A stretch of DNA of 64,000 bases from Corallochytrium limacisporum Hawaii (Eukaryota; Protista; Pluriformea): assembly GCA_002811645.1 (NCBI GenBank), contig PDIP01000022.1, positions 89,375 through 153,374 of the forward strand. Reading direction: 5' to 3'. The position numbers were made by a program, and so were the translations under genes. Shown here piece by piece: positions 63,901-64,000 of the stretch (positions are counted from its first letter, which is position 1; each line of letters begins with the position of its first letter). Under the pieces are notes generated by a model that was not told the DNA's origin, ran no database searches, and saw nothing but the letters and a program-made list of their open reading frames with translations.

Positions 63901-64000
63901 ACATCACATCGAAAACGTGATCGATGTTTTCTTCCGTGATTACGATTGGCGAGCAGAGACAGCGCACGTCGTGGGCAATATCGCCAACTCCTGTTATTTG
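54902..64000 (-). CDS. SZT2: KICSTOR subunit SZT2 homolog (5'-truncated by window edge)
   Basis: INQGTLLRELHETH, GEFQCD.LFSVHLPLHQRL, SVTNVRNHFVYQDE, LQRRLDQAVITVLSTMLIRNKNLKL...DVDFI and LHVRSFSYDFQI match recalled human SZT2 blocks. The frame is open to position 64000. Confidence 0.92.
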   Translation of the reverse strand, partial: QITGVGDIAHDVRCLCSPIVITEENIDHVFDVMCLRLRGIEQEVADLGKVTITSAKSKTYEERFETETHKYLESLSATVESMRGSADPVALFMVDSCRALGDGRIQFGNAQAEFHRLGVRTSVITSNLAHEIGTSAFGLVPEMDSHRLLAGRLGGYLFLLETINDDQNTAMLDPFPTALYCKPLTRECRRALIMKYQHVDWFSESNLFMRDFDRMTRKPRKSYVLPCSIRTLIASRAVEGFFLIQFQPYVSPETAPLDSENESSPTVMEAVLQLPLNTGLRIEYRIRSKTSHGPYAIGEAWINVSTLEAKDAEDRSPEVKVMLDMIISCDKLLKHFSEFTNFRSGSKTMVLRSENGLFYSTSQGQNIHTQPVPEVAKSFQRLKNLIKPSFAGLKGQDSEFISYWKVLVQMPYHMWYHVLDIKRIMVLYASKATETDTVWTSKVSTDTSQNALYSMLRDWCNIVLIRNQIYIRYIKDESIGVTGFCVLGLSKVTPLMTEMMIGMFNASGALFNETLREIRHRVRQLGNTTGAWGSNVYLPLITEMSSNLLRFGIARKAAADEAARDIKSMIVPSIDGTQYEPPLLSNLQQRRVVQLDFTSMSEVITKCKSRVPSRNMDYYVRIVLGNRLSEAYAPVAKTDTYVTLAKVLQFSKETAIGFLTAEESDTPAICQVTICRPTEDDINSLTVGIWIEPQSGLCDDRNVRGLKWHQIPEVILEEDVRLLRLIVTFDALNIVAAHGFPDSLIFDDKFKVPAYEGVLHVKPSVATLVQGANVQLHRFTELNFSHERSWITKTSPSLINLNEAESQQKAHADAALAQLELVWMTRQVFLRHVIDAGYVHLRCRQAHAQDALLTILKRLERRTSEPVDMDKLLDDAISSDNVIIDILVKARPDGTIIMVVIPNSSQPCSTLADQRKLPFTVGFTEMTPPIIEAMLETGAKESTSLKVSGGGLLSPSPSEDRDINLELSDDGEAQNTADHLKHLHVRSLIDTAYVCMQMGIQFAKEDVERITRHGNEIDFEIDITSFVRRMLTTPASEGTGVVETANASVHASMFAKHFQTVVERNFVPTTAGLFYFTNPPCLSAIFEDVISAKQVRHVADPALVSANKDTGDSSALQTGFHELKPLFLRFECVFRQGNRDGKSFFYTRHVTSLLEGIKDCLSLPEFKDFDLNDPSVDVTLCLVFIVPEDISEDVQLEKLNGRQSHRPTRSGSGGSISERSGESLDSYMLSETDHKHSDVDSEGPEIPNDNDDNDQVLPLDQKLLAIQLHADLRWLVDHQQIDKMMVEGTLSGNDLHFAARHFRTHSPISNLVSSDIIKLELLALERSESSIMKGLKRDPPLGKDWIVQGKIAVLSGSHEVPIVFPRKQSKASDRLAVAGHGELAGSEISGYRSVDTSMQDVGSQFTGPTGSSEAVTELGCEQVQLPGEDVSGNHQPTTMQRYMLVVEFESDRAWLHQYNQPVHGIEVQSVLLTGIVADKIRAIVKHINQGTLLRELHETHHMSPMLMPAGNPLSTASPDRPRKLMNPANSPAQPLRSGEFQCDTLFSVHLPLHQRLPAAQAIGVVNNTLANMSVTNVRNHFVYQDEKTGHIFILRVSESLVRTGEAHDSNLEDQGGSTDLDRSSITRTVPNTPDVLLDESRSDLQMLQGEDDHISMNLSDVFGEDPGTRESLLLEVLGIDEAPEELTVEMVQLLQRRLDQAVITVLSTMLIRNKNLKLYQHDVDFIKQGKEAADNVLSYSIPPEVTHEPRFMRILHERLSRVTSVMPEIVNRNEATTPDVPLLASDNVNTDDWETPNIKYPGRVLRILKQLNGIEGRTGTLLPLERLSTNCMSYVHCSQLPLPYGKTGMKETGGPNGLSHIRVQLFATESEEFLDIGDLTAQNDDEPHNIVVHIWSVGWANMENVVAGLNSLVLATVCIYAQELCLDKLSPVIEIALPPSQNGPGPRHRNRTFRVLNPSYLGSISAIHDAGTALEAPEFRRCTLPSFVPTASRRYFWTHARDRWSSKLSDFHQVSFSAMPIGDPHFILPVLQGDPVGSLSSGQDLNGFHYWIGIKWDSANPATGKSGDDKPIRRTSTFKVDHHRVGMVVIIFTNDNISVMSYDRGGSTHDGVVTVLARHVCWYAIRMRCLNTLTMQKAYHYHAGSEIISAYDLVQQVPSGCRQDCVSSVRLTPATMQMLKVKIDPLSKEETSNYVMRLGRGRGVLHLVQFGELQPPPALSVLEEMNFRGHMYTTLWKSKPPLWNPLLDDPITQHLIETTCAMHKLGSEQSSRSESFLKALDSDKKVQAHLLPMAIALARVHHFCRAPLIILPQPPDNTQLSVYTEENLELLDDIINTYLSYLESVGMDFAGQIDMDHPDTATPSIARAGSKHTHHLMVDSKSIEPDGMLLDPVVGGETGRSDGFVVVRSYMQRGSTGGIILVEVGYQDNFLLVNIYALEIMRLKLDGQRDRLPVQSGKVRKGMSRNVRLGKLFDQEIAKTKEMLHVRSFSYDFQIHFFQALIQELVQPGSGVRLDEGMDYLLMHYPQPTIYCNNLLYKWSATYTFGGGRPSDGESLTDYVIRRAADFEFVRLNHLPLKSKGNGEVLDFICYTDDYQDGTIESGSERDVRKSGSSHSVGSGGTPRTSKGLEIAQAAISMCAYRYQVLVMFQGDEHNTEEDTVRNKLHFTAYLLANDLLNHFPMHLTGGPDGHPLSQQRREYRDSCFEHLRQVTREKVTDLLYNIQRCHSVDAFWYHARSELPNAELNRATFAEICQEMEIVDAAQLDPRLQRLATMPIHWRGCFNFLRSRFPDLCRSMSASDSADGVTRNGEMLVLITPHTESAAIVLETDPRWDLYDVEASLLRRAALVDVQPLLTVRILFRQDLKQKISDKLGRSPAMARASKGNIYIDEVVNAILSFSSISTGCLWTDWLQDLWIPPSGSASSDFASGTPLRQMLSPDASSPPASPRTLNLSGVLPMTPPIAVGTPRDMSSSSLGSPNPVSPRTRHLSNNSSSLRNVTSRGSMGDGGSGGGESGRWRQQFPSESTEDTGP

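Noticed and set aside
28253-64000. Apparent clustering of endolysosomal genes (CHIC, synaptojanin, MON1, SZT2, plus HTT)
   Set aside because: Interspersed with mitochondrial, Mediator and deadenylase genes; consistent with random gene order.
2-64000. Alternative genetic code or stop-codon readthrough
   Set aside because: All three stops terminate genes at expected C-termini, and conserved motifs translate normally.

Overview
Gene-dense eukaryotic nuclear DNA in the standard genetic code, with four assembly gaps. About 20 protein-coding genes are present and each reads as one uninterrupted ORF, including >9 kb of SZT2 and the 4.3-kb synaptojanin, so the coding sequences appear intron-free. 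Gene content: huntingtin C-terminus, Dim1, a TKL kinase-SAM-C1 protein, MIC26/27, CYSTM, a PH-RasGEF, AlaRS, a PAP2-like protein, CHIC/Erf4, synaptojanin, MON1, SURF1, ABITRAM, PAN3, PPP2R3C, MED24, an alpha/beta hydrolase, SZT2 and two orphans. This mix suggests a unicellular relative of animals; the lack of introns resembles what is reported for Corallochytrium (inference, not verified). RNA genes: three tandem intron-containing tRNA-Ala(AGC) genes, and two full plus one partial tRNA-Asp(GTC). I found no mobile element, CRISPR array or multi-gene novel system that I can support. Best leads: (1) a recurrent self-complementary C-run/G-run element in promoter-side intergenic regions that is absent from convergent ones; (2) an unusual kinase-SAM-C1 architecture with an unnamed C-terminal helical domain; (3) a conserved ~75-nt flank with one compensatory base pair next to the duplicated tRNA-Asp; (4) an unusually divergent Dim1 in an intron-depleted genome. 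Family assignments come from recalled motifs, not database searches.
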